Shown here: one piece after another, positions 12,762-24,506 of the stretch
How the letters are laid out: every line of letters begins with the position of its first letter
Position numbering within the stretch: position 1 is the stretch's first letter
NCBI RefSeq assembly: GCF_006345805.1
Contig: NW_021829931.1
Span: 1-34,895, forward strand
Source of the DNA: Octopus sinensis
Lineage: Eukaryota
Reading direction: 5' to 3'
Length of the DNA stretch: 34,895 nucleotides
The notes under the pieces: model-generated
The model's input: only the letters and a program-made list of their open reading frames with translations
Told to the model about the DNA's origin: nothing
Database searches by the model: none
Translations under genes and position numbers: made by a program

Positions 12762-13118
12762 GTCTTCGGAGAGGCTGTCATCACAACCTCAATGAGAACA
12801 TAGGGTTAGAGATGTGAAACATGTGGCCGTGTACTCCTTTCTGATGCTGGGCATGTCAACCATGTGAAAAGCTATGAAAGATCAATTTTATGCAACATCC
12901 TTCCTCCTTGACCAGACGATTCGACGTGTGCCGCCTTGTCAAAAGGATCTGACCAATACAATAGATGTAACAAATTTTGTCTGTCACCTACGATTCAAAT
13001 CATGCAGATCTGCAGCAGAACTCTACAATTATTGGAGTGGTCATAACTGGAAGACCAGAAATACCTTTGACAACGACTAAGTTCAGAAACACCAATCATC
13101 TGTAAAGATAGAAGAATC
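12762..13118 (+). mobile_element. Probable RTE-type LINE 3' end with decayed C2H2 zinc-finger repeats
   Basis: CETCGRVLLSDAGHVNHVKSY (12813-12875) and VCHLRFKSCRSAAELYNYWSGH (about 12979-13044) fit the CxxC..S.AGL..H...H fingers found at RTE ORF C-termini; frameshifts, stops, and a microsatellite at the 5' break. Confidence 0.5.
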
Positions 13119-13152
13119 ATTTTGTATTATTAACTTTTACAGGGAACTGGTT

Positions 13153-13197
13153 GACAGTAACTTCGTAGTTTCGGCTTCGTCGCCTTCGTCAGATAGG
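13153..13197 (-). ncRNA. Hammerhead ribozyme-like motif (canonical core, helix I mostly broken)
   Basis: 5'-CCTAT CTGACGA A GGC gacgaa GCC GAAA CT acga AG T T ACTG-3'. Confidence 0.5.
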
Positions 13198-13297
13198 ATT
13201 ACTTTGGTCCTTTTTGGTTTTATATGGTATTTTGGTAGATTCTTGGCATAAAAACAAATAACAATAATAATAATAATAATAATAATAACAATAATTC

Positions 13298-13575
13298 GAA
13301 TGTGGAATCTAAAAACAGAAACAATCCTTATCATAGTAGGCGCGTTAGGTATGATAAAAAAATAATTCAGACAAATACATAACAAAAACACCAGGACTTA
13401 CAAACACATAAAATACAGAAAATTGCACTACTAGGCACTGCACACGTCCTACGTAAAACACTTTCAATACAGTAACCATCAGAGCACCACAACAAATCAC
13501 AACACATACCCAAGGCACACAGAGCCGCGCTCGGTAGTGAAGTGAAAGCACGCTATAAAAATAAAACTACTGAAT
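13298..13575 (+). mobile_element. R4/Dong family B 3' fragment
   Basis: Colinear with 5099-5377; (AAT)n on both sides. Confidence 0.9.
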
Positions 13576-14457
13576 AATAATAATAATAATAATAATATAG
13601 GGGATGTATGCCTGTGTACAGACTTATATACATGCATACGTACTGACGCATGCACGTGGTTACGTGGTTACCTATTTTGCTTCACAATCACACGACTCCA
13701 GATTGCGTATCACAACGCATTGCCTTGCTCAAGTGTGCTTTGACCAGTTCCTTGTGCTAAAATAATCTATATATGCATGCATACATATATGTAATCATTC
13801 GTTTGTGCATACATTCCTACATACATGCAATCGGACATACGTACATATATGCATTCATGCATCTGTACGTTCATAGATATATATACGTACCAATGTCGAT
13901 ATATGTACACACACACACGCAGACAAATACACACCTGCACAAATATGTATATATGTGTACGTACATTATATACGGAAGTCGCACAAATACATGTAATACA
14001 TTCCATAAACAATTATCATTATATAAACTACGTACATAAATATATGTGTGCGCATGCGTGTATGTGGGTGAGTGTATTTATGTGCGTAAAAATCAAAGCA
14101 AAAAAAAAACACAGGTAAAAGTTGCAGTAAAGAGGAAATAAACAAGCAAAAATTCTACGTGATGTGAAACAAATGAAAGCAAGCGGATGAAAAGGGTAGA
14201 AATACATAGCGAAAAAATAACAAACAAAGAAGTGTACAATGAAGTTTAATTCACCGAAGGAAGAAACTGAAGAGACTCTGACATTTCGTCATATAACCTT
14301 TATTAAAGAGAAAGGAAAAAGAATTGAGATGCAAAATATACAAGACAAAATATACAAGAGCAGGCAAAATATATATCTGGTTACATAGCAGTTATCAAGT
14401 ATATACATGTATATGTGTATATGTATATGTATATTTGTATCTCTTTCTCACACACTT

Positions 14458-14518
<61 letters not shown>

Positions 14519-14610
14519 GGGATTGTTTACCAAACTTCATATATATATATATATACGTTTAGATATTTGTTGTGCAAGATTTTTTTATGTGAAGTCGTGT
14601 GTTGAAACAG

Positions 14611-14735
14611 ATATTGTTATATTTCGGAATGGTCATATTGCCAATTTAGCCAATAACACTGAAGCAAAATAACACCAAATATATAGTGCGTGTGTTTTTA
14701 TTGGCTAAACTGGCAATATGACCATTCCGAAATAT

Positions 14736-14743
<8 letters not shown>
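14611..14743. repeat. 46-bp inverted repeat (one mismatch) with a 41-nt spacer, abutting (TA)n
   Basis: 14611-14656 versus 14698-14743. Confidence 0.9.
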
Positions 14744-14778
<35 letters not shown>

Positions 14779-15159
14779 GTTCGGCAAACAAACCCAATTC
14801 AGGATGCAGTAATAGAGGCGGGTGTACGGAAAAGTATAAAATTGAGTGAAGAAGCCATCAGGTGTTCAATAAAACTGTGAATCTGAGAGACAGAAGGGAG
14901 GACAGAAAGCGAGAGAGGGGCAATAGGAGACGACAATGATGTCATTTGTATGTCAAATTTACTTGAATTATTAACCGATGCATTTGTTTTGTTAATAGAA
15001 AACTCTTAGAAAAACTATTAGACATGTCACAATCAATCTCATTTTTTCTCCGTCTCTCTTGGTTTCTCTCCATCTCTATCTCTCTCTCTCTCTCACACCC
15101 CACTCTGTCTCTCGCTTATACTATCTGTATATATGTCTATCTGTCCCGCACTCCCTCCC

Positions 15160-15223
<64 letters not shown>

Positions 15224-15606
15224 CCTCTCTCTTACCTCTTCCGACCCTTATCTCTCTATTGCATATTCTCACTTCTGATACATAAAGATGTGTGTATGTG
15301 TGTGAGCGGACTACTCAGTATATATATATATATATATATATAATAAATATTGTATGTATATATATACATACATACATTCATGTATATTGATATACATATA
15401 GAAATACATATACAAAAGTACATTATATACACATATACATGTACATATATATCACATATCTACATATGTATCTATATGCACATTTGTACGTATAGGTATA
15501 CTTGTACATTTATATATATTTGCACATATATATGCATATTTGTACATGTATGTGTATATTTATATATGAATATGTATATATATGTATATACATATATATA
15601 TAGATG

Positions 15607-15670
<64 letters not shown>

Positions 15671-16551
15671 TGTATGTAGGTATATATATGTATTTAAATA
15701 AATTACATATATGTATATATATGTATACACATACGTGCACGTATACATGTTTATATTGTTTATATATTGAAACGAGCAATCATAAACCAATTTGTCTCAC
15801 TCCCGTCTCTCTCCCTCTTAGTCACTTACTTCCTTTATCCCACCTCTCGCTCTTTCTTTCCTCCTCATCTTCTTCTTCTTCTTTCATCACCCCCATCATA
15901 TCGCCCCCCCTTCCCTCCTAAACCCTATAATAAAACATAAACCCCATACTTTCAACGCTTCACCTGACAGGTCTCTCTCTCCTCAGTCGATGCTATTACA
16001 CCAGCAACGATCATTCTCTTTCATGCTACTTATTCTTGAACATTCGACAAAGTGACGCCTTCCGTTCGGCGAGGTGGCAGACCAACGAGGTTGCCATTTC
16101 TAGTCTCTGCTTACCTAATTAGAACTCTGTCGCAGAATCTTAAATATCAGCCCCAGACCCCTCACCCCTAGGCCCACCCCCTCTCTTCGACTAGTAACTA
16201 AGTAGATATCAATACTATGAGTGGAATTAAATTACTTAGAGGCGAAGGAGGTGTGGTGGGTCCAAAAACTGATAGAAGCAATTTGTGCGGGTGTATATGG
16301 AATTAATATGTGTGTGTGAGAGTGTTTATAATATAATCATGTCTACATACATACATACAAATTGAGTGTGTGTGTGTATATGTCTACATATGTGTGTTTG
16401 TATGTGTTTGTTAACAAGTATGTAAATGTGTATTTTATATTTCTAAACATACATGTATGTGTGTATTTATATATATATTTGTGTGTGTGTGCGTGTGTAT
16501 ATATATATATGTATGCATGTATATGTTTGTATGTATATATATATTTATATT

Positions 16552-16583
<32 letters not shown>

Positions 16584-16773
16584 CATGCATGTAAATATGT
16601 ATATATGTATATAAACACACACACACACACACAGACACACACATTCTCATACACACATATCCGTAGTATCTATATACATCAATTTCTATAGCAAATAAGT
16701 ATCTAAACAAACTTGCTGACAGGCATAACATGTAAACACATTTATATCATATACATGTGTGTGTGTATGTGTG

Positions 16774-16823
<50 letters not shown>

Positions 16824-17239
16824 TGTGTGTGTGTGTGTATGTGTGTGTGTGTGTGTGTGTCTGCTGAAGTCCTTATTTTACAAGGTTTACTCGAAGCAGT
16901 TGTCGAATCATTTTTTGCGCAAACCTCACCCGTATCGTTAATTCAAAACTTAAATGCTAACCCAGGCTTTCCCGATCCTTTAATCAATTATTCGTATCAG
17001 AAGCCGTATCAGGTTTTATTGGATGTTGCTCTAAAATAAACCGTTTAATTTTGTGCTGCAAAAGTTGTTGAATTCGAAAATAAATTCATGCTTCTAAATC
17101 TCAGATGCTTTGGAAGCGAATTTGTAAAAATCGGTGGAACATCGGATAAAATTCATCAAGGTATTAAATTTGATTAGCTAACCGGGATCAACTTTGCCTT
17201 TCTTTTTTATCAGAGTCGAAAAAGCAGGACTCAATCCGG

Positions 17240-17340
17240 GGTGATGAATTGACGGAACTGTAAGAGCATCCGACCAAATGTCTTACAGTATTTATTCCGG
17301 ATTTTTTTTGTTTTAAGTTCAAATCCTACCATGGCCAAAC
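17240..17340 (+). mobile_element. Degenerate SINE family 3 head
   Basis: GAATTGACGGAACTGTAAGAGC...AAGTTCAAATCC resembles the 24211 copy. Confidence 0.4.
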
Positions 17341-17777
17341 TGAGCGGTGGACTTAACCCGTCTCTACCACCTGAACGTTAGATACGTTTATTGGAGTCCA
17401 GACTATTGTAGGTATTCGGGTCGGGTCTCACTTCTTCCTCCTTTCCACTTGTCTCGGACACCCAGTAAGAAAAAGTACAGTCGTCCCTTCTTACTAAAAG
17501 ATAACCAACCAAAAATACAAAAACTCAGAAATTTTCAGAAATTATCTGTAATTATAGAGAAGAAAGAAGTTTTGGAATAACTGTTTCTAATAATACGGAT
17601 TTTTTCTCCTTTCATATCCTGGGGTCTCGAACAACTGAGATGATAATTCTTAGAAACAGTTTATTTTTCAAAATTCCATGTTTTCCGATTTTTTCATTCT
17701 GTTTTTGAGGTCGGGAAATTTTTCTTCATTTTGTAATTTTCCTAAAATTACCATTCTTTAAGAAAAATAAAATTTCA

Positions 17778-18228
17778 CCAGTTAGAATTTTCCTCAAGTT
17801 GAGTAGCACATATCACTCAAAATGTCCCTGAATAAGGGTTGTTTAAGGATGTTGAACGATACACCCATGTTTCCAAAGGTGAATTATCCAAACCCCAAAT
17901 AATTTCTCTCAACACATGGCTATGATGCTCCCCCACTACTTCTGCTCGTGATCAGAGATGCACATATCGTCAGCCACTAAGGGACATGCTCAACTGGTTA
18001 AGGTCAAACAACTGACAAGCAAATCTGTGGTATTGAGCAGAATATTTGCTGTAGCCCATCTTTTATACCAAGACAAAACAATGTACATGATAACACTTCC
18101 AATCAGTTAAGATCAGAAGCCACAAGAGCCACTGCCTGGTACTGCATCAGGGCATATTGAGTAGAATATTTGCTGTAACCCATCTTCTATACCAAGACAA
18201 AACAATGTACATGATAAGACTTCCAATC
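17778..18228 (-). mobile_element. TAA-tailed interspersed repeat without a tRNA head (partial), with a 73-bp internal tandem duplication (18156-18228)
   Basis: High identity to 23070-23425 (CCTGAATAAGGGTTGTTTAAGGATGTTGAAC...CCACTGCCTGGTAC). Confidence 0.85.
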
Positions 18229-18230
18229 GT

Positions 18231-18330
18231 TGTGTGCCTATACCATCTTTTTTCTGTTGTTATTCCATAATGTTGGCATAGCTTCCAATGTATGTAGGTT
18301 CCAACTCTGTCATGTCTGTGAATATATTCC
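18231..18330 (-). mobile_element. R4/Dong family B internal fragment
   Basis: Minus strand encodes EYIHRHDRVGTYIHWKLCQHYGITTEKRWYRHT; overlaps the 5' end of the 23551-24083 copy in sequence. Confidence 0.8.
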
Positions 18331-18417
18331 TTCTTCTTCTTCTTCTTATTATTATTATTATGATAATAATAATAATAATAATAATAATAATTATTATTAT
18401 TATTATTATTATTATTA

Positions 18418-18473
<56 letters not shown>
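18331..18473. repeat. (TTC)n/(TTA)n/(AAT)n arrays
   Basis: Direct reading. Confidence 0.95.
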
Positions 18474-18474
<1 letters not shown>

Positions 18475-18695
18475 GAAAACTCAGAGCTTATTTTGCTGGG
18501 TATGGTGGAAAGTGTCAGCTGTCCACACCCAGCAGACTAAGGTGATACTTGTTTTACTGGTCATACTTTAGGAACCCTCTGAAGAATTCTTGCAGTTAAA
18601 AGCAATGCTGATTTTTGTAGGTGATCTACCTTCACACTTGCACCGATCTTTTTGAGCCATGTTGGTAGTTGAGTGCTGATACTTCCAAGTACTTC

Positions 18696-18811
18696 CAAAT
18701 CCTTCCAACGTTAACTTTGTTCTTTGGGGTCGATAAGATAAAATAACAGTTAACGGTCGACGTAATCGACTAATCCCTCCCCTAAAAAATTGCTGTGCCA
18801 AAATTTGAACC
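18696..18811 (+). mobile_element. SINE family 3, 3' half
   Basis: AACTTTG...GGGGTCGATAA...GGTCGACGTAATCGACT...AAATTGCTG. Confidence 0.6.
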
Positions 18812-18839
18812 TATTGTTGTTGTTGTAATTATTATTCAT

Positions 18840-18886
<47 letters not shown>

Positions 18887-18899
18887 TATCACCACCACC

Positions 18900-18933
<34 letters not shown>

Positions 18934-19767
18934 TCACCATCACCATCATTATCACCACCACCACCACCACCATGATCAAATTCATCGACATTATTCGATA
19001 CTGTGTTTTCAAATTGAAAAAAAAATATGAGTAACTGGCATAATTATACATTTTTAAAAAATATTTTTAATTCACTTTAGTAATTATATAAAATATTTCT
19101 GAGATACTATTTCGCTTCAGTTTGCTAAATTTTGGCAACGCACATGTAAATATTCTTGACATTTTCCATTTTCTCGGTAATTTTTTTTTTCTGTATCGTT
19201 TATCCTTCTAGCTCAGACTTATCCAAGTTTAATGGCGTATACTGTATTCTTTTTCGAAATTTTTTCTTTGCACCAATTTTAAAGCTTAACCTGTTTCATT
19301 TTGTTCATGTTCTGTGACGTATTCTTTACGTTTTCACTATTAACCCTTGGAAATTTTATTTTAGTGGAATCTTGCTATTTTTGGTTTTTTCTTTCTTTTT
19401 TTTTTTTGTTCTATCTGCAGACATACGACTCCAAGACTCAAGAATAACTACCCGGAAGTTAAATACTGCCGGATGGAATGACGTTACTAGCGGCAACAAG
19501 AGCCTCTCGACCAGGACTGGATAAAGACTCATAGAGGCCTCTAGCATTTAAAAGATTTCGGTGTCCCACGTTTATGCAATTCAAAATATGAACAATAGCG
19601 AATCATCTTTTTTAAATGAAACAAAACTAACAGCACGATGGAACATAATGTTTCTTTTTGTATGCTTCTACTGTGTTTATATTTGGTAAGTTTTCTCATC
19701 CTTTTTTTTTAATTACTAAGCCTTTGATCAAATCCTCAAAATTAAGCTTACGTGAGACATCTGCTTT

Positions 19768-19862
19768 TAAGAAGTTTGCTTCCAAACCACGTGGTCTTAG
19801 GTTCAGTCCCACGGCATGACAGCTTCGGGAAGTGTTTTCCACTAGAGCCTCGAGTGGACCAA
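19768..19862 (+). mobile_element. SINE family 1, degenerate head
   Basis: AAGAAGTTTGCTTCCAAACCAC.TGGT...GGTTCAGTCCCAC...AAGTGTTTTCCACTAGAGCCTCG. Confidence 0.7.
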
Positions 19863-19910
19863 TATGAATGGAGGCATAACATCACCAGCACTAGTGATCA
19901 CTCCAAACAT
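19861..19910 (-). mobile_element. Very short Tc1/mariner-superfamily transposase relic
   Basis: Minus frame MFGVITSAGDVMPPFI matches the 'VMVFGVI..DG..MPP.IF' segment typical of these transposases (from recollection). Confidence 0.45.
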
Positions 19911-20115
19911 GTTCGTATTGGAGTTTCCGGCGCGAATGCCAAGCAGAACAGCAAGTCGTTCCCAAATTTCTGGCAGAGCGAATTGCGTCATGGTACAGTC
20001 TTTCTCACAGACGGTGACCAAATGACCCTGCTATACTGTGTCACCAAAATCAAAAACAAACGATGTGCATGCCCGATATTAAAAATATAAGATGGCTACA
20101 ATTTACCCATCGCAC

Positions 20116-20154
<39 letters not shown>

Positions 20155-20169
20155 CAATAAGAAAATGGA

Positions 20170-20480
20170 GGAGATCAAGAGGTGGTATTCATCAACTTTT
20201 AGACATACTATGTCTATTTATTTATTTTTTAAAAACCATTGTAACAATATACATACATGTATAACATTATGCTTTACATATATAATACATAAAAATATAA
20301 AAATACCAGTAATTATCAAAATATATAACGTAGAGCATAGGAAGTAGAATAGTGTCTTACAGCTGTTTCAGCCAAGAGGTCATAGTACCCCACTTTACTT
20401 CCATCCCTTCAGTGAACTGAAGTATTTGGTAGATAAGATGAAGGTACTTGCGTGTGCCTCTGGGCTTCGTCAGAGAGTTT
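20170..20480 (-). mobile_element. AT-rich Penelope-like tail remnant with two decayed hammerhead motifs
   Basis: Minus strand GGCT GAAAC AGCT GTA AG (palindrome ACAGCTGT at 20359-20366) and CTCT CTGACGA A GCC caga GGC (20445-20477). Confidence 0.4.
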
Positions 20481-20943
20481 AGAAAGTTCAAAAGGTTAAG
20501 TTATAAATATAAATACATACATATTTGTTATTGGCTAAAATGCGTTAATTGTATGTTTTATGTTCTCGCCAGAAAAAGCCAGCCAAAGAGGAAATCCTGT
20601 TATAATGAAGTTTGAGTAGACAGTGCAACACCTAAATGTAACGGTTTAAAAGTTACGTAAAAATAACGCAAAACAACAATCAGAGAATGTTTAAAGAGCA
20701 AATATACCAGGGGAAAGAAATAGATTTAACCCTCCGAGTTTTATCATTGAAAAGAAAAATACATCGTTGACCAGCAAGCATGCTGCGGTATTCAACCAGA
20801 AATAACATCCGTTATGGATGTGATGTGTTCAGAAAATTTATGCAGCAGAGGCTGGCAGGAACACCAGATGTAGTTCTGCATCAATAGGCTTTGTCAATGG
20901 CGTGCATTGGCAGTCGCCTACGTGCTTAGTCGAGGTTTGTCGT

Positions 20944-20982
20944 CACGGCCGCAGTCAAACGACTGGAACCAGTAAAAGAATA
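20944..20982 (+). mobile_element. SINE-like 3' tail fragment
   Basis: CACGGCCGCAGTCAAACGACTGGAACCAGTAAAAGAATA followed by (CATA)n; assignment from recollection of the family. Confidence 0.35.
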
Positions 20983-21040
20983 TACATACATACATACATA
21001 ATACATTCATACATACATACATACATACATACATACATAA

Positions 21041-21095
<55 letters not shown>

Positions 21096-21148
21096 TGTGA
21101 GTATATAATATATATATATATATATACACATATATATACATGTGTGTG

Positions 21149-21194
<46 letters not shown>

Positions 21195-22119
21195 GTATTT
21201 ATTATTTGTATTATTATACATCCTCCCACGCCTTGTCTATAGAATATAACACCGGAGGACCATCTCTAATACAATCAGATATGCATATTAACTGTCACAA
21301 CTAACAAACATATTTGTGTGTATGTATGTTGTGTGTGTGTGTGTGTGTTTATATTTCTGGCTCTGTGTGTATGCATACAACAATGCGTTAATTAATTTCG
21401 TTCGCCATCTACCATTTTTGTACCATTCTTGTATGTCTGCCTCGATGGCATCGATGTCTTTCTTTGATAGAATCAGGGAGAAAAAAAAATGACACAAAAT
21501 GATAGTGGGTGGGTGGGTGGGGGTGTGGAGGTTAATGAATCAGATTTGTGTGAATGCGAATGAGGAAATGATTGAATTAGAAGAGAATGGAATGGCTTGG
21601 GAGGAACCGAAGCTGAACGAATCACCGCAACCAGAATTGAAAACATGTGATAGCTAGGCGGGGCGTTGATGAAAACGAGAGGATAATAGGGTAATTTGGC
21701 GGGGAGGGAAATGGACGGGTGGACAAGTGGACGGGTGGGGAGATGATGCTTCTATCTGTTGTCAACCGTTTCACGGACTAAGATTTAGTTTAAGCACGCG
21801 AGTTCCACAAATGAGAACCATCCGGATCAGTGAGTTACCATTGCCGGGAATATTAAAGACTGAAAAATATATTTCTCACTATCTCTCTCTCTTTCTCTCT
21901 CATTCTTCTCTCTCCCTCATTCTTCTCTTTCCCACTCTCTCTCTCTCTCCCATTCTCTCTCTCTCATTCTCTCTTTCTTTCTACCACTCGCTCTCTTTCT
22001 CTCTCTCTCTCACTCTTTATTTTTCTTAAATTATTCGGTAAACAGAAACACTTATCATGGTCAGGAGATTAGCTAAACATGACTCTCTGCCGAGAAAAGA
22101 GCCAGCAAGGACTTAAAAC

Positions 22120-22850
22120 GCTTTAAGTTCATTCCCCAGGCACGGATGCGATGTCAGACGGACTTGTCCGAAGTGCGCGCAGAGTGACGAAACCGTTCTG
22201 CGCGCACACATTCAGTGTCCAGGCGTTATTTGACCCGCGTGGTTATGTCGAACAGCCATTGTTACGTGTGAGACGGATCCGTATATCGACGGAGTCTGTG
22301 GCGATGATCGCACCGCCGCCCTCCTTCGGGCAGGCTAAGCAGTTTTCCTTTGCCTGGCGGCTGTTGCGGAAGAGGTTGTTTGGTGGACGAGGCTGACAGG
22401 CAGGAGGACAAATACATTCCCTTTTGGTAGAGCTCTTGTTGATTTCCTCAAGTTTGATTTCTTCTTGAAATGGAAGTTGAGGAGATGGAAATGTTGTCCT
22501 CGAGTGAGTTTATTGAAAAGTGGGTGAAAGCTGCAAAAATGGCAAGAGTGGATGGTACCTCTCTAAGTGTAGATCTGTGAGTTGGAGAGAAAGAATTGAA
22601 GAGGGCACTTGCTCATAGAGTTTCAGGGAAATCTCGGACTGTGGGGTACCTCGATTATCCCAAGAGGCGTTCCTGTATCAGGAGGGCCACTTTGTTATAC
22701 CACTGCATGCAATGCATAAGTCTCCTCTTTCCCAGTGATTACCGTGATTACATTTTAATTATCATTTCATTATTATATGTAAACTCCAACTCTTTATGTC
22801 TCTCTCTGTATTGTCCTCCTCATCTTTCACCCTCGTGGCAAATAAATAAA
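22120..22850 (+). mobile_element. Tx1/L1-clade LINE ORF2 3' end plus 3' UTR (decayed)
   Basis: RHGCDVRRTCPKCAQSDETVLRAHIQCP (zf-RVT-like CxxC..ET..H...C), FLCLAAVAEEVVWWTRL, EFIEKWVKAAKMARVDGTSLSVDL* (stop 22578-22580); AATAAATAAA at 22841-22850. Confidence 0.75.
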
Positions 22851-22904
22851 ATTATTATTATTATTATTATTATTATTATCATTATTATTATTATTATTAT
22901 TATT
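22851..22904. repeat. (ATT)n array shared by two converging element 3' ends
   Basis: Direct reading. Confidence 0.9.
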
Positions 22905-23425
22905 GAGTGAGAGAGCAGTGCATGCCATTAAAGTGACACTGGGGTACAAATATAGATAGATAACCCGTCTGATGAGGGTACACCAGACACATGCATCACA
23001 ACCAAACGTGTGCGGGACATGGTGATCTCATATCAAGATAAGCAGTGCATGACCTTGCAGTTGGGGCCTAATTCTAACTAGGTCAAGTAGCCCACCCGGC
23101 TCAAAAGGTCCCTGAATAAGGGTTGTTTAAGGATGTTGAACGAAACACCCATGTTTCCAAAGGTGAATTATTCAAACCCCAAAGAATCCCTCTCAACACA
23201 TGGCTGTAATGCTCCCCCATACTTCTGCTCGTGATCAGAGATGCACATATCGTCATCCACTAAGGGACATGCTCAACTGGTTAAGGTCAAACAAGTGACA
23301 AGCAAATCTGTGGTATTGAGCAGAATATTTGCTGTAGCCCATCTTTTATACCAAGACAAAACAATGTAAATGATAACACTTCCAATCAGTTAAGATCAGA
23401 AGCCATGAGAGCCACTGCCTGGTAC
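22905..23425 (-). mobile_element. ~520-bp TAA-tailed interspersed repeat without a tRNA head
   Basis: Minus strand ends CTCTCTCACTC-(AAT)n and has (AAT)n just upstream of its 5' end; second copy at 17778. Confidence 0.85.
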
Positions 23426-23477
23426 TTACCATTATTATTATTATTACTATTTTTAACATTATGATTATCATTGTTAT

Positions 23478-23533
<56 letters not shown>

Positions 23534-23550
23534 TTTTTAACATTATTATT

Positions 23551-24082
23551 TTTTAGTTGTTTATTTTTATAGCGTGCTTTCACTTCACTACTGAGCGCAG
23601 CTCTGTGTGCCTTGGGTATGTGCTATGGTTTGTTGTGATGCTCTCACGGCTACTGTATTGAAAGTGTTTTGCGTAGGATGTGTGCAGTTCCCAGTAGTGC
23701 AATTTTCCGTGTGTATTTATGTGTTTGTAAGTCCTGGTGTTTTTGTTATGTATTTGTCTGAATATTTTTTATCATACCTAATGCGCCTACTACGACAGAA
23801 ATTGTTTCTGTTTTTAGATTCCACATTCTGGTTACCTCTATTTCCAGGTCTTTGTATTTTGAAAGTTTCTCCATTTCTTTTAGAGAAACGTTGTCATCTG
23901 CTGGTATTGATACATCAATTAGAAAACGTTTTTTTCTTCATGATCTCTGACAACTATATCTGGTCTGTTGGCCATAATTTCTCTATCTGTGTGTATTGGC
24001 ATATCCCAGAGTATGGTCGCTTTCTCGTTTTCTATGACCTTTTCTGGTGTGTGCCTATACCATCTTTTGTCTGTTGTTATTC

Positions 24083-24083
<1 letters not shown>
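23551..24083 (-). mobile_element. R4/Dong family B 3' end (REL domain plus UTR, frameshifted)
   Basis: Reverse complement is colinear with 4874-5377; (TTA)n on both sides. Confidence 0.9.
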
Positions 24084-24122
<39 letters not shown>

Positions 24123-24135
24123 CTACTACTACTAC

Positions 24136-24177
<42 letters not shown>

Positions 24178-24210
24178 TATTATTATTATTATTATTATTA
24201 TATTATTATT

Positions 24211-24410
24211 GCGAGCTAGCAGAATCGTAAGCATGCACGTCCGGAGGTTCAAATTCTGTCGAGATCGACTTTACCTTTCATTCTTTCGAGGTCGATGGTA
24301 AAATAAGGACCAGTCGAGTTCTGGGGGATGGCGGCGGGTGGGGTCCATGTAATAGACTTACCCCCCTCCTCCCACGAAGTTGCTGGTCGTATGACGAACT
24401 CCGAAGCCAT
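24211..24410 (+). mobile_element. tRNA-derived SINE family 3 (head partly deleted)
   Basis: GCGAGCTAGCAGAATCG, B box GGTTCAAATTC, CGACTTTACCTTTCATTCTTTCGAGGTCGAT...AATAAGGACCAG. Confidence 0.7.
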
Positions 24411-24415
24411 TTTTG

Positions 24416-24417
24416 TT

Positions 24418-24448
<31 letters not shown>

Positions 24449-24452
24449 CTGC

Positions 24453-24506
<54 letters not shown>

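Noticed and set aside
19421-19530. Strong plus-strand acceptor after a long T tract, a possible terminal exon
   Set aside because: Poly-T tracts create acceptors by chance in this AT-rich DNA; no recognisable product or donor.
19915-19955. GGC attcgc GCC GGAAAC on the minus strand
   Set aside because: The core is CTGCTT rather than CUGANGA-like; likely chance.
21380-21480. Protein-like minus frame KDIDAIEADIQEWYKNG
   Set aside because: Short, with weak splice sites and no recognised homology.
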